Of a stretch of DNA of 64,000 nt, positions 28,449-42,168 are shown piece after piece (position 1 is the stretch's first letter; every line of letters begins with the position of its first letter). Position numbers and translations under genes: made by a program. The stretch lies in the NCBI RefSeq assembly GCF_009914755.1, contig NC_060927.1. One strand, written 5' to 3'. This DNA comes from the human T2T-CHM13v2.0 reference genome, Homo sapiens. The notes under the pieces were generated by a model. It did no database searches. It was not told the DNA's origin and saw only the letters and a list, made by a program, of their open reading frames with translations.

Positions 28449-31139
28449 ATGTCTTTGTCTGGTTTAGTATCTGGCTAATACTGGCCTCATGGAATGAGTG
28501 TGGAAGTATTCCCTCCTCTATTCTTTGAAAGAGTTTGAGTAGTGTTGGTATTGGCTCTTTAAATGTTTTCTAGAATTCAGCAGTGAAACCATCAGGTCTC
28601 AGGCTTTTCTTTGCTGGGAGACTTTTTAATATAGCTTTGAACTTGTTACTTGTTTTTGGTCTTTTAAGTTTTTGTAGTTCTTGATGGTTCAGTCTTGGGA
28701 AGTTGTATGTGTCTAAGAATTTATCCATTTTTTCTAGATTGTCCAATGTGTTGGCATATAGTTTCTCATAGTTGCCACTAAAGATCCCTTGATTTTCTGT
28801 GGTATAAGTTGTACTACCTCCTTTTTCATCTTCGATTTCATTAATTTGGTCCTTCTTGCTATTTTTCTTAGTCTGGCTAAGGTTTGTCAATTTTGTTTAT
28901 TTTCTTAAAAAACTGACTTTTTGTTTTGTTGATCTTTTGTATTGATTTTTTCATTTCAAATTCATTTATTTCTGCTGTGATCAATATTACTTCTTTTCTT
29001 CTACTGATTTTGGATTTGGTTTGCTCTTGCTTTTCTAGTTCTTTAAGATGTATTTTTAGGTTATTTAAAGTTTTTTTTTCTTTTTTGATGTAGGCACTTA
29101 TAGCTGTAAACTTTCCTCTTAGTACAGCTTTTGCTATATCCCATTGAATTTAATGTTCTGTAAATATCCATTAGGTCCATTTGTTCTATAGTGTAGGCTT
29201 CTCTTTCTTCTTTCCTTCCTTCCTATCTTCCTTTTAGTTAGGGTGATTTTCTCTGGTGGTATAATTTAATTTCTTGTTGTTTATTTTTATTTTTCTGTAT
29301 CCATTGTGTGTTTTTTTTAAATTTGAGGTTACCATATACATGGCTTGCAAATACTACCTTAGAATCCATTATTTTAAGCTGATAACAACTTAACACTTTG
29401 CATAAACAAGCAAGCAAGCAAAAATTAAAACTTACAAAAACTCTACACCTTAACTTCATCCCCCTGCTTTTTAAGATTTTGTTGTTTCTATTTATATCTT
29501 ATTGTACTGTCTATGTCTTTAAAAATTGTTGTAGTTATTATGTTATTGATTTGTCTTTTAATCTTTCTACCTAACAGTAGTTTACACATCACAATTACAG
29601 TGTAATAGTATACTTTGTTTTTCTGTGTGCTTACTATTACCAGTGAGTTTTGCATGTTCAGATGATTTCTTACTGCTCATTAATGTTCTTTTCTTTCTGA
29701 TTAAAATATTCCCTTTAGCATTTCTTTAGGACAGGTCTCCTGTTGATGAAAACTCTGTTTTTGTTTCTCTGGGAAAGTATTTTTCCTTCATGTTTGAAAA
29801 ATATTTTTTGCTAGATATACTATTCTAGGGTAAAAGTTTTTTTTTTTTTTTTCCTTCAGCACTTTAAATATGTTCTGCCACTCTCTCCTTACCTGGAAAG
29901 CTTCTGCTGAGGAGTGTGCTGCCAGATGTATCGGAGCTCCTTTGTATATTATTTGTTTCTTTTCTCTTTCTGCTTTTAGGATCCCTTCTTTATCCTTGAT
30001 CTTTGGGAGTTTGTTTATTAAATGCCTTGAGGTAGTCTTCTTGGGTTAAATCTGCTTGGTGTTCTACAACCTTTTTGTACTTGGATATTAATCTTTCTCT
30101 AGGTTTGGGAAGTACTCTGTTATCTGTTTGAATAAACTTTATACACCTATCTCTTTCTCTACTTTCTTTTTAAGGCCAAAAACTCTTAAATTTGCACTTT
30201 TGAGGCTACTGTCTAGATCTTGTAGTTTTGCCTCATTCTTTATTATTTTTTCCTTTGTCTCCTCTGACTGTATATTTTCAAATAGCCTGTCTTCCAGCTC
30301 ACTAATTCTTCCTTCTGCTTGATCAACTATGCTATTAGAAAAGACTCTGATGCATTCTTCAATATGTCAACTGCATTTGCAACTCCAGAATTTCTGGTTG
30401 GTTCTTTTTAATTATTTCAAGCTTTTGTTAAATTTCTTTGATAAGAATATGAATTCCTTTTCTATGTTATCTTGAATTTCTTTGGGTTTCCTTAAAATAG
30501 CAATTTTAAATTCTCTATCTGAATGGTCACATATCTGTTTCTCCAGTATTTAGTTCATTTCATGAAGTTATGACTTCCTAGATGGTCTTGATGCTTATGG
30601 ATGTTCACTGGTTTCTGGACATTGAAGGCTTATGTATTTATTGTAGTCTTTGCAGTCTGGGCTTATTTGTGCCTGTCATCCTTGTAAAGTCTTTCCAGGT
30701 ATTTAAAAGGACTTTGGTGTTGTGATGTAACCCATATCTGCATTTGTGGGAACCTCACACCAAGGAATGCTGTGGTTGTTGCAGACTCATGGAGGTGCCG
30801 CCTTTCTGGTCTTGGATAAGACCTGGAAGAATTTTCTGGATTACCAAGCAGAGATTCTTGTTCCCTTCCCTTACTTTCTCCCAAAACAATGGAGTCTCTC
30901 TCTGTGATAAGCTCTCTGGAGCTGGAAGTGGGGTGACACAAGCACTCCTGTGGCTACCACCAATGGGACTGTGCTGGGTTAGAACTGAAGTCAGCACAGC
31001 ACTGGGTCTTACTCAAGACCCACTGAAACCACTACCTGGCTACTGATTATGTTCACTCAAGGCCTAGAATCAGTCACCCCAAGAGCCTGTTTGGTGCTCT
31101 ACCCTGCTGTGGCCAAGCTGGTACCTAAAGTGCAAGTTG

Positions 31140-31330
31140 TATTATTATTTCTTAATATGTCTACCTCCTCTACCGCTGTGAACTGCTTTAGTAAGTAATA
31201 CCCGTGTCTTATTTTTCTCTGTATCTCTAACACAACATTTAACATAAACAAACTTTTAATAAATAATTTTTGGAAGAAGTTAATGAATGAACTAACAAAG
31301 AAAACAATAAATGAAATAATGAATAAAGAA
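31140..31330 (+). mobile_element. L2 3' end
   Basis: atatgtctacctcctctaccgctgtgaactgc...tgtcttatttttctctgtatctc...aataaataatt...aatgaatga. Confidence 0.6.
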
Positions 31331-32652
31331 AACTATTTGGCCTTTTCAATTCAGGTTTTTCATTATCCTTATGTGGAAAGTCCCCAGCTTTCATTTTGTG
31401 AATGAAAATATAACAATTTTTTTCTTCTTTTTCCAAATTACCCCAATTTGTCTGCTCTCCTAGCCTGCTGGATGACAGTCTTTCATCTCGAACTCCAGAA
31501 CCCTTTCAATGCCTAAAAATAGATTCAGCCAAAAATCATTATCAGCACAGAATCTGGACAGACATCACCAAGTAAATAGAAATGGTGACCTCTTGCATTA
31601 TTATATTATAGAATTTTCCCTGAAGTTTTTATTTAGAGAAAAGTAGAGAGACTGCTTTCTACTTATCATTATCTTTTATTTCATTCCTCAATTGTAAAGA
31701 CACAGTTTTTAAAACATTATATAAAATTTAATCTTTCATTAAGAAGGAATGCACCCTACATCAATAAACATATATCAAGTGTACACTAATGCCTACTTTT
31801 CACATATATTATCTTATATATAATTTAATCAAACCAAGAAAATAAGAAACCAAGAAAAAATTATTGTTTCCTATTGGAAGACAAGAAATAAAAGAACATT
31901 AGCTATTCAAGGCCCAATCCCTGCCCCCATCACACAGATAGATTTTTCTCCTTATCATGCCAGAAGCTACAGAAAAACAGAAAGATTGGTTTTGTTCTCT
32001 GAGATCAAAAAACAAATGTATTCTCTTCTGTGATCTCCTCTGTCTGACAGAGGCATCCCTGCCTCACCTTGAGATAAGGAGAAGGATGATATGGTTGCCC
32101 TCTTAATCTCTCTCCATTTTTCTGCACCACTAGCAGATTTCCTCACACACTCCTGTCCCTTTCTATATGTATAGGACATGCATTAGCATCAGAATCACAT
32201 AAGGAAACCTGCTATGGTCAGCAGACTCACAATATCAGCCCCTACACTGACCAAGTGGTTGTCATGGAATTTCCCTTCCTGTACTTTCAAATCTCCAAAT
32301 AACTGCAGTTTAGAACAGCCTGTTTGCGCACCTGGGGGCAAAAGAGGAGAAAAATTGTCAAAGCAGAAGAGGCAAAAGCACTTCAGGTAAGTAAAGGAAC
32401 ACCTTTTACTTCAGCTCCTCAATTCACTCATTCATAAATATGTAATTTCAAACATTTGGAGGATCTGACATTTTTCATTTTCAAGAAGGACTAAAACAAA
32501 TGTGCTAAGAGAAATGTCTAACCTTTTTTAAGTATCTTATTCTTCCTGTGAAGAAAACACTAACAATCCTCATATTTGAATTGCATTTATATTTAGTGAA
32601 AATGCATTGTTAATCCTAACCTTAATATTCTAGATACAAATACTACAAACAA

Positions 32653-32943
32653 TTTTTTTTTTTTGAGACACGGTCTTGCTCTGTTGCCCTGGCTGGAGTG
32701 CAGTGGATCACTGAAACCTCCACCTCCCGGTTCACATGATTCAAGTGATTCTCCTGCCTCAGCCTCCTGAGTAGCTGGGATTACAGGCACACGCCACTAC
32801 GTCCAGTTACTTTTTGTATGTTTAGTAGAGACAGGGCTTCACCGTACTGGCCAAGGTAGTCTAGAACTCCTGACCTCAAGTGATCCACCCACCTTGGCCC
32901 CCCAAAGGGCCGGGATTACAGGTGTGAGCCACCACGCCTGGTC
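32653..32943 (-). mobile_element. AluS (Sx-like)
   Basis: T-run then gagacacggtcttgctctgttgcc...gagccaccacgcctggt. Confidence 0.95.
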
Positions 32944-33627
32944 TAAACAGATGTTTTTGATGGAATAAATAGAAAAGGACAAGAAGCACAGGATTAAGCA
33001 TTCTGTGAAACCTTCTTTGTTTTGAGTCAGTGAAGGAAATGCTTGTCAAAGCACATTACACCATAGTGAACCTGCTGGAAATAATTATTAAGTGTTTTCA
33101 AGTCACATGTGTAATCTAGTTATTCTTCTGCTCAGAACTACCTGTAAAAGGTAGTTTATCTGTCTCCATTTTAGTTAATAAGTTAGAAACTCTGGAGTTC
33201 ATATGTGACCCTAGTCCCATGATAGTAGAGGTGGCGCACTGCCAATGGGCTAATTCTGCTTCTTCCCCCAAAGTCAATATGAACAGTAACACTAATCCCA
33301 GCCATCATCTACATTCTAAAATGATGCTAAGTGCTAAATAATGCTAAAGCAATTACATCTGGTATCATCTGAACTTAGAATATACCAGAAACTATACTCT
33401 TCTTTTAAACATATTGAAAACATGACTCTAAATAAATACAAGAAAGAATATTCACTTTTTATATGAAGTTATTTAAGTATCTTTGAATCTCACTACTCCT
33501 ACAACTTGGTTAGAATTAGATGCCCAATGACATTTGCCTAAGTTTTAATTTCTCAACATAGCAGGGGTATTTTACATCTCATTTATCCCAATTTCCATAT
33601 ACTACATTGGATTAGGATCTTCTGGAG

Positions 33628-33802
33628 CCTTGCTTCTCAAAGTGCAATCCATACATCAGCAGCATCCTGGAGGTGTAGGGAACGGAGGCTTGTTAGAGAA
33701 GAAAAAACTCAGTCTCCATCCCCAATGATCAATGGCATCAGAATTTGCAGTTTAACAAGACCTCAAGGTGATTCATATGTACATTCAAGTTTGAGAAGCA
33801 TG
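33628..33802. mobile_element. MER5A hAT-Charlie MITE
   Basis: TIR-like tgcttctcaaa ... tttgagaagca; internal tttaacaagacctcaaggtgattcatatgtacattcaag. Confidence 0.85.
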
Positions 33803-35399
33803 CTTTAGAATAAAAATAGGCAAGCAAATTTCAGTATGTTTTGGTTAGGCATCAATGAGACAAAAGCAAACATATTAAAGTCCACAAGGACAAATAAGAA
33901 CAAACTTTACAGGAAGGTGAAGCACAGAGCAGACTACATGGTGTGATTTTAAATTCTCTAAAAGGAATTAAGCAATAGTTCTTCTGTTGGGACAAACCAA
34001 ACTCAGTAGCTTTCACATGTAGTTACCATTTCTCAAACATAATATGCCATTTCAGCAGAAAACAGCCATGTGTAATATTCCAAACCTTACTATGCACTTG
34101 TTGCAGAAATTTACTAAAAGTGTTTTCCATATACCTGGCTCTATGCAATGTTTTTTTATGTGCATAATTTCATTTAATTAATTATTCTATGGTGCTTCAG
34201 TTTCATATTCCTATTTTTTTCTCAGGACATAGCAGCTGCCAAAATGTATATGCAACTCAGAACCAATTTGAATGAAGATGGTTGAGTAGAAAACCAAGAA
34301 AATTGTCCCAGGCCTTAGGTTCCATAGTGGCTATAACTCTCAGTAAAGATGTTACAAATTTCTGACTCAGTGGAGCCCAGGATTGTAGAAAAAGCAAATG
34401 CCAGTAGAACATGTAAAAGGCCCCCAACATTCTTGGAATGTGGTAAAGACAGTGTTAGTCATGGGCCCATGGAGATGCAAATGATGTGGGCCTGGAATTG
34501 AAGACCTCCTAGAGACAGGTAAAAGCTGGAGTGGAGTTACCAGAGTGTGCTCTTGAGGCAAAGATGAGTAGCACTCACTTTGGTCACAGCTCCCTGTTTG
34601 CCACAACCTGAAAGCTAAACATTCACAAAAGCCACCATCTGATATAAAGTGGACTCTGGTAAAATGCTTATTGGTGCTATTACTCATCCTGTGTTATTTA
34701 GTTTTCCCCTCACATCAACCGTAGTTTCATGGGCACTCAGGAGCCTGAATTTTAAACTACAATTTATTCTAAACAACTCCAAAGGGCTCAAATACATATA
34801 GGCATACACCCACTTTAAAATATGTAGTTAATTATATTTATGTAATTATAATTCTCATTTCCTGGTGGTATAACGAAAGTTAGTACTTAGATGATATGAT
34901 AAGTGTTAATGACAGCTGGGCTAGCTGACTTATCACTTCTATAAATATTGGCTTCCGGAAATGCTGCTTCTCTGAGCACAAGTATCATTTTTTAAAGAAT
35001 TGAAGGTTGAGGTTTTGGAAGAAATGTTTGCATTTTTACATGGCTTTACAAATGCATGTTAATAAGAACAAGTCTTTTTAGTTCTAGCAGCTATCCCTTT
35101 AAAGGAATACCATTGAAGGTTGTTTTTGTTTTTGTTTTTCCCATCTAACAGAGCTTAGTCTGTATTTGTCATGCACAAAAAGTCAAGAAGCGTTCTCCTT
35201 ACTATTAATGTCCAACGAACCATGCAAGTAAACACAGGAGAAAATTAATATGTTCTACCTACATAGCAGCATCAATTAATATTGAGTGTGTTGGAAAAGA
35301 AAAATGTTGCTGGGATTAGCACCACAGGATACTATATAGATGCCAAGAAGAATTCCATAAAATCCTCAGATTGCAATTGAAGTTCTATGTACATTTTGA

Positions 35400-35789
<390 letters not shown>

Positions 35790-35995
35790 TGATTTGTACT
35801 AGTTTGTTTGTGTACGTTATCTCGCTTAATGCTTGCAGAAATCGTAGGAGCAGAAATTAATGAACTTATTTGGTGGTCCAAGACATTGAAGCATAGAAAG
35901 GTTATTTCCCAGCATACAGGTAAGAAATGAGGGAGGCAGAATTCAAATTCAGGCAGTCTGACTCCTGAGCCCAAGCTCTTAACCATCATGCTATG
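35790..35995 (-). mobile_element. MIR
   Basis: gaattcaaattcaggcagtctgactcctgagcccaagctcttaaccatcatgcta. Confidence 0.75.
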
Positions 35996-36277
35996 TTGAT
36001 TCACAAGGAAGAAAGGGTTTTTCCAAACTCTCTTCTAAGACTTTTACTAGACAGGAGAGGAAGTTTCCAGCAGGTGTACTGAAAGAAGGCAGGCTGTTGG
36101 GAGTTCCCTCCAATGCCACAAACCTCTCAATGCTCAACGACTTGAAAGGGAGATCCAGACTCAGAACACTCACTTTTTCCTAAGGAGATTAATTTGTTGT
36201 GGTTTAAATGCAGAACAAGGGGAATAATGACAATTAATGGTCCTAAACATACTGCGGTGCCAAGAAGAACCCACTCA

Positions 36278-36436
36278 GTGCAGTTCTATGTTTCCCAGAA
36301 AGTCAAAAAAAAAAAAAAAAAAAAGAAAAGAAAACCCTAGGTCAGGGTAACAGAAAAAGAAATAAATTAACTAAAAGCATCCTTTCTGAAATCAGGAATC
36401 CAAATTGAACTGTTTAAGAAATGGGAGATGTTCTAA
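36278..36436 (+). repeat. Copy 1 of a ~155-bp dispersed direct repeat
   Basis: gtgcagttctatgtttcccagaaagtcaaaa...aatcaggaatccaaattgaactgtttaagaaatgggagatgttctaa aligns with 37213-37364. Confidence 0.95.
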
Positions 36437-37212
36437 ATACTGCTAATAACAACTAAAACACCAGGATAGTGATTTTGCAAAAAGTGAAGCGAGACTTGAA
36501 AGTTTCCCTGAGGAAGAAGGTCTGGGGACAATTGTCATCTGTATGCCGTACTTGTTTCATTTTCCAATCTATGTGCTTCCTTTTTCCCCAGCTAATTACC
36601 GGCTTCTCTGGGTCATGGAACAGTCATGTGCATTTTGGTATCTCTCATACAATGTCAGCACATTAAAGAAAGAGCTCAGGAGGCAAGTTTTTTCTCTTTC
36701 TACCTTCCTTACCCTTGCACTTGCTGTGCTCAGCCACTGTTTGCAGTATATTCCCACAGAAATAAGGTTCATTAAAATTGCATTAATAAATGATAGCAAC
36801 TTATATGGCCTTCACCATCCCAGGTATTAAAACTTGACTCCGCCTGCTAGAGAAATGTTCCAGGTTTCCACTTCCATATGGAATAAGATTATAAAGCACC
36901 TTTAATCCAAGTGTCTGGTGAGATAACTAAAGACTATGTTGAGCATGAGTAAACTCACATTCTGACATGCTTTCCTAATTCTCTACATATGTAATTTACT
37001 ATAAGAAATATTCAGAGGACTCCTACTCACTAAAATACTAGGGAACTACTCTGGTTCACCCTATATTCTTTTCCTTCAGAGTGTCTGAACTGCTCTACTG
37101 TGTCTCAAGCTGGCTTGTCTCATGCTGTCCATGCCACATAATGTGCTTCTTGAGCAAGCTTTATATGTCATGCCTCAGCAGATGTAGATAATAAGCCAAG
37201 TTTGCCTCCTCT

Positions 37213-37364
37213 GTGCAGTTCTATGTTTCCCAGAAAGTCAAAAGAAGGAAGAAAAAGAGAAAAGCCTAAGCCAGAATAACAGAATAAAAATAAATTAACT
37301 AAAAGCCACCTTCCTAGAATCAGGAATCCAAACTGAACTGTCTAAGAAATGGAAGATGTTCTAA
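37213..37364 (+). repeat. Copy 2 of a ~155-bp dispersed direct repeat
   Basis: gtgcagttctatgtttcccagaaagtcaaaa...aatcaggaatccaaactgaactgtctaagaaatggaagatgttctaa. Confidence 0.95.
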
Positions 37365-37789
37365 CTTCAGCACTAGCAAAAGGTAAAAGATATCAACCTT
37401 GAGTAGACTTCTACTGTTCAAAATTAATGCATTTCCCTAAACATTCAGAACATCCATTCCCTTCAGAATGAATGCTGCCCCTTAAACAGAGAAGTCACTG
37501 GCCTCATAGCCTTGGCAAGACAGATTAAAGTTAGTATAACATTGGTTCATTTTCAGAATTATGTGTTATTCCATCTTTGCCATAATCTCTGTATATTACT
37601 TGTGCTAAAGCAGTTTTATTATTAAAGTTAGTTTCAATTTTGCACTGTAGAGAAGTGCAGTCATTAATTATCTTTTATGGAATGTGCTGCTTCTCTCTAA
37701 TAAGCATAGAAAATGTCAACTGATGGCTCACATTCCTTGTTAGATCCCATGAATATCAAAGGATATTCAAAGGAATAAGAACCCAACTT

Positions 37790-37996
37790 CACTGCAAGGC
37801 TATAAATCTAAATTCCATAAGACCTTAGACAAGTTATTTAACTCCTCTTAGCTTGTGCCCTTAGCTGAAAAATTTGTATGAATGTAGCTACCTAAGAGAG
37901 TCAGTGTGATTAAGACGTTACATATCAGGCACCCTACTCAGTATCTGGTGTATGGTTAACACTCAGTATGGGTTAAGCATTATTATTATTATTATT
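37790..37996 (+). mobile_element. MIR
   Basis: gaccttagacaagttatttaactcctct... ending in (att)n. Confidence 0.65.
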
Positions 37997-38163
37997 CCTA
38001 ACTATTTAATACTTGAGTATTTGCTATCATATCCCTCTTTTCTGGCATCATGAACCTTCCTGGATACCATCTTTAAATGCCACCCTGGAGACAGTTGTTT
38101 CACATAAGGATTCTTGAGATTAATTGAAGACACTGCACAGGACTGCAATTTTCCACTAAGTAA

Positions 38164-38534
<371 letters not shown>

Positions 38535-40394
38535 TGATGTTGAGCCCACCCTATCTCTATCCATGTTTTTTTCTGTGCCCATTGCAGCTTGAAGGCAATT
38601 CCATCAACAGGCTTTAGTCTTCCTCTATCAGGTATGATTTATTATATAACTGCAGGGTCTGGATTAAAATAGTCAAAATGTGATTAGCTATGAACAAAAG
38701 CAAAACATGATAAAGAATGACATAGCCACTGTCTTGTCCTTCAGGATGTTAAAGTTGATCACATTTTCCTAGTTCAGTAGGAAAAAGCTCATTGTGCTGA
38801 AAGCATTAGGGCAGTGTGATTAAGTGCTACTGTGTATAATTTGATATTAGGTATTACTTGCATAATACCTGTCTCTTCCTGCCACTGAAGCTAACCCATT
38901 TGCAAACATTAATGTGGTGCAATTGAATGCAAATCATTTTTGGTGTGTCTCCTTGGATGTAGTAGAGTTAAAATGATAACAATAATCATAAAATGTGTTT
39001 TGTTTGTAAGGCAAATGATTAGCAATAAAGATGAATAATAACTTTTTATTAAAAATTAGAGTAAATAACAGATGGCTGAACCCTTGGATACCCTAGCAGA
39101 AAAAAATTGTTGGTGTTCTAGCTTGAGCACTTTGGGAAATGTGTGTAGCACTTACTTTCTGATGAGTAACAGCATGTAGCATTGTTAAGCTTGATTAAGC
39201 AAATTTAATTAGTGTTAGGCAATGCATTTCTGTAAGTGAATAAAATATATTTCAGTTTAGGCATGACTGTTAATCTTTATGAAATAAAAGTTAAAATGTA
39301 GCTATAAAATATTAAAATTGCGATAAAAAGGTTTTTTTTTTTAAAGTAAAATTTCCTGAAGTATTTTTTAACTCTACAATGAAAAGAAAGGTGGCAGAAG
39401 TAAAATAGTAACATGAGCTGTGCATTGCCAACTGGGATACTTGTTTCAAAATGGCCCTAGGACCACATTACTATATAACCACACTTTATAACATTCTCCA
39501 AACATGGGTGTTTTATTTTACAGGACTTATTTAGGTTTCTGGATACTAAAGACAGGAAGAAAATGTAGATCTCACCTTAGAAAATAAAATGAGCTCAGGA
39601 AAAATAAGAAAAATAAATTTTAAAATTCAGAAACTATTCAAATAGGATATTCTCAAGGTTGGAAAAAAAACTACATCCCAAACTAACTTGAGACTTTTCA
39701 AATCTAAATTAATACTTTTAATGCTGGTCAATGATAATTAATTAAATAGACCCTGGCAGAATGCAAGCTCTTTTGCATCACACAGTTAGCATTCCTGACA
39801 AATACTGCAACCTGAGAAAGCACAGGCACAAGATTTTAAGGAGTTTCCCATATGGATAGTCAACACAATCTACCATGCTAGTAGAAAAATCTGGAAAACT
39901 TTATTTTCTAACTTTGCTTAAAATTATTCTGTCTCTTCTTTTCTCTGATTCTCTTTTCCTTACTTTCTTTCTCTTTTCTCACATCAGCTGCTCTAAAGTT
40001 TCTTAAAAATTGGTCATAATAAAGTGTGTGTGTGTTTGTGTGTGTGTGCAGTTGGGGAAGGGGGAATATTTGAGCTTAGCCACTTTATAGGAAAACAAGA
40101 GTATCAACCATTACCAACACTGCTCCCCTTCAAAAGTTGTCAAGTACCGATAGGATATCTAAAAATGGTAACTACATACGTTGTTCCCAAGAACATGCCT
40201 TGTCCCATAGGGAGACCCCTCCTCACTAGAGTAGGAGCGTGAGACTATAGACCTCCAGAGGTATGGCGTCCTTGACCAAAGACATGGGGAAGAACGGAGT
40301 GTGAGAAAATGAAAAGATTGGTATGTATCCATAGTAAGGAGATGGATATAAAGTCAGAATGGGAACAGTATCCTCCATTCAGAACACTCATGTC

Positions 40395-40510
40395 ATTTAC
40401 TCATTCAGTCAATATTTGTTGTGCACCTATTATATACCAGACACTATGCTAGCTTCTAGGGATACAAAACAGCAGAACTGACAGTTATTAGGCTTCACAG
40501 AACTTTCAGA
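40395..40510 (-). mobile_element. L2 3' end
   Basis: cattcagtcaatatttgttgtgcacctattatataccagacactatgctag. Confidence 0.7.
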
Positions 40511-40845
40511 TGATCAATCCATAAGCTTACCAGAGTAAAGAAACAAGAAAATTCCACAAAATCCTTCATAATCTGGCTCTTGTTCACTTCTCTTATCTTA
40601 CTTCACATCACTATTGACTCACCACCATTGTCCTATCCATACCAAACTAATTGAAGCTTCACCGAAGTACATGATCATACTTTCCTGACTTTGTTTTGTA
40701 CAAACCATATGGACTTACCCTCTTCCATGGGTAAATACAAAAGACTACATGTGTAAATATATATATTTTTTTCTTAATTTCTTTAAAAGTCATATAATAG
40801 CAAAAATTATAACCCTGTATTATTGATATTAAAGCTATATCAAAC

Positions 40846-41123
40846 GGCTGGGTGCAGTGGCTCATGCCTGTAATCCCAGCTCTTTGGGAGGCCAAAGGAG
40901 GCAAACCACTTGAGGTCAGGAGTTTGAGACCAGCCTTCCCAAAATGGTGAAACCCCATCTCTACTAAAAATAAAAAAATTAGCTGGGTGTGGTGGTGGGT
41001 ACCTGTAATTCCAGATACTTGGGAGGCTGAGGCAGGGGAATCACTTGAACCCAGGAGACGAAGGTGGCAGTCCAGCTTGGTGACAGAGCAAGACCTTGTC
41101 TAAAAAAAAACACACACACACCC
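40846..41123 (+). mobile_element. AluS/J with right-arm internal deletion and A/(CA)n tail
   Basis: ggctgggtgcagtggctcatgcc...aggtggcagt|ccagcttggtgacagagc lacks the gagccgagatc...gcact segment. Confidence 0.94.
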
Positions 41124-42028
41124 AAAACTGTATTAATGGGATATATATCACAACGATAGCACAAAAGATGTGAGGTAAGTGAAACTATACTGTTTAATTT
41201 TTCTATATTTTACTGACAGTAATTCATTGGTAACTTTTAGTATTCTTTTTTAATTTTTCTATCATGTTTTGATAATATCCCTCAGTATAAATATTTTAAT
41301 CATTGTTCTAGTAATTACAAAATATATACTTAACTATTGGCAGTCTATTTAGAATCGTATTTTGCCACTTCTATCGCAATTTAGAAACCTTACGTTTATA
41401 CAGATTCCATTATTCTTCCTTCTTCATCATAGTTATCATAATTATATTACATCCCTATGCATTGGAAACACCATCAGACAATGTTATTCACTTTGTTTTC
41501 AACTGTCAAATATATTTAAAAGAACTCAAGAGAAGACGCCTGCTCTATTTAGCAATTCCGTGGCTTCTCCTTCATTCCTGGTGTTCCAAGTTTCTTTCCT
41601 GTTTTTATATTTTTCAGTTCAAAATTTCTGTCTGCTTTTTCTTTACATGACATATTCCCTTGTCAATCCATTCTATTTTAACATTTTTTTTCCAAGAGTG
41701 TTTGCAATTACTCTTTCAAGCATATATAATAGCTGCTTTAAAATATTTGTCAGGTAATTTCTATCTTGTCATTGGCATTTGTTAATCATCTTTCCCCAGG
41801 TGAATTGTGATCTTTGTGATTTTGTGTAACCAAAGTAATTTTTTATTGTATCCTGGATACTTTGAACAATATCTTATGACAATCTATATCTTGTTTAAAC
41901 CATATGGAGAATGTTAATATTTTTTATTTAGCAGACACTTTACCTGGTTGGTTTGAGCTCACAGGTTACAATACATTTTCTGTGGCCTATAGTTCCAAAG
42001 TCAGTTATATTACCACTGCCATTGTAGT

Positions 42029-42168
42029 TAAGGGTGCCAGATAAAATACCCAGCACCAGATATTGCGTGAGACATACATATACCAGAAATATGTATATTC
42101 ACTATTTATCTGAAATTCAAATTAAACTGGCATCCTATATTTTTTTTTTGCTAAATATGACAGCCCTA
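42029..42168. mobile_element. MER53 hAT MITE
   Basis: agggtgccagataaaatac...tttatctgaaattcaaattaaactggcatcct...tttgctaaatatgacagcccta. Confidence 0.8.

Noticed and set aside
28570-28890. 106-aa ORF resembling L1 ORF2p
   Set aside because: Decayed fragment of an old L1 with neighbouring stops and deletions; not an active element.
36278-37364. Two direct repeats interpreted as LTRs of a mini retroelement or as a CRISPR-like array
   Set aside because: No TG..CA termini, PBS, PPT or TSD visible; only two long copies and no cas genes in a primate context.
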